Part shown: in pieces, positions 63,888 through 64,000 of the stretch
Layout of the letters: each line of letters starts with the position of its first letter
Numbering within the stretch: position 1 is the first letter of the stretch
Source of the DNA: an uncultured Phycisphaerales bacterium
GTDB taxonomy: Bacteria; Planctomycetota; Phycisphaerae; Sedimentisphaerales; Anaerobacaceae
DNA: 64,000 nucleotides
Assembly (NCBI GenBank): GCA_963772725.1
Contig: CAVYYI010000002.1
Coordinates: 64,001-128,000, forward strand
Direction of reading: 5' to 3'
The notes under the pieces: model-generated
Databases searched by the model: none
What the model was told of the DNA's origin: nothing
What the model saw: the letters and a program-made list of their open reading frames with translations, nothing else
Translations under genes and position numbers: made by a program

Positions 63888-64000
63888 TCTGAACTCCTAA
63901 GAGATTCCAACAGACGCTCTGCGATCACCAAAGCATATGCATGGCGGTTAGTTGCCAGATTTTCAAGCTCACTCTTTTTGAAATTCTCTATATCCAAACG

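Overview
Bacterial chromosomal window; a Planctomycetota/Phycisphaerae-like host is a weak inference from gene style only. About 13 kb of housekeeping genes (tilS, AAA ATPase, mannose-1-P guanylyltransferase, tadA, S46 peptidase, an IS630-interrupted TPR membrane protein, esterase/gluconolactonase, tRNA-Glu, tRNA-Met) precede a roughly 50-kb conflict/defence island. The island holds: (i) an Rhs polymorphic-toxin locus with a NucA/NucB-type tip, an orphan tip cassette and immunity genes, whose Rhs cores carry an odd internal hydrophobic, signal-peptide-like insert; (ii) three candidate RiPP systems: a radical SAM/SPASM enzyme with a 49-aa peptide missing from the ORF track plus an NMT1/THI5-type ABC system, an ATP-grasp (graspetide) cluster in line with a membrane protein and a caspase-Ski2-helicase fusion, and a radical SAM/SPASM enzyme whose precursor carries tandem Y-x-A-G-P-P-P repeats (best candidate for an undescribed system); (iii) a type I-C-like CRISPR-Cas locus (141 repeats by manual count, rearranged cas5-cas8-cas7-cas3-cas4-cas1-cas2, internal cas11 start); (iv) two paralogous micro-ORFs and a DUF6527 gene; (v) IS630, IS1182/IS5-like, IS21, IS66 and IS5 elements. 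Recurrent 1-nt indels suggest residual sequencing errors, so frameshift-based pseudogene calls are tentative. Family assignments come from motif recognition, not database searches.
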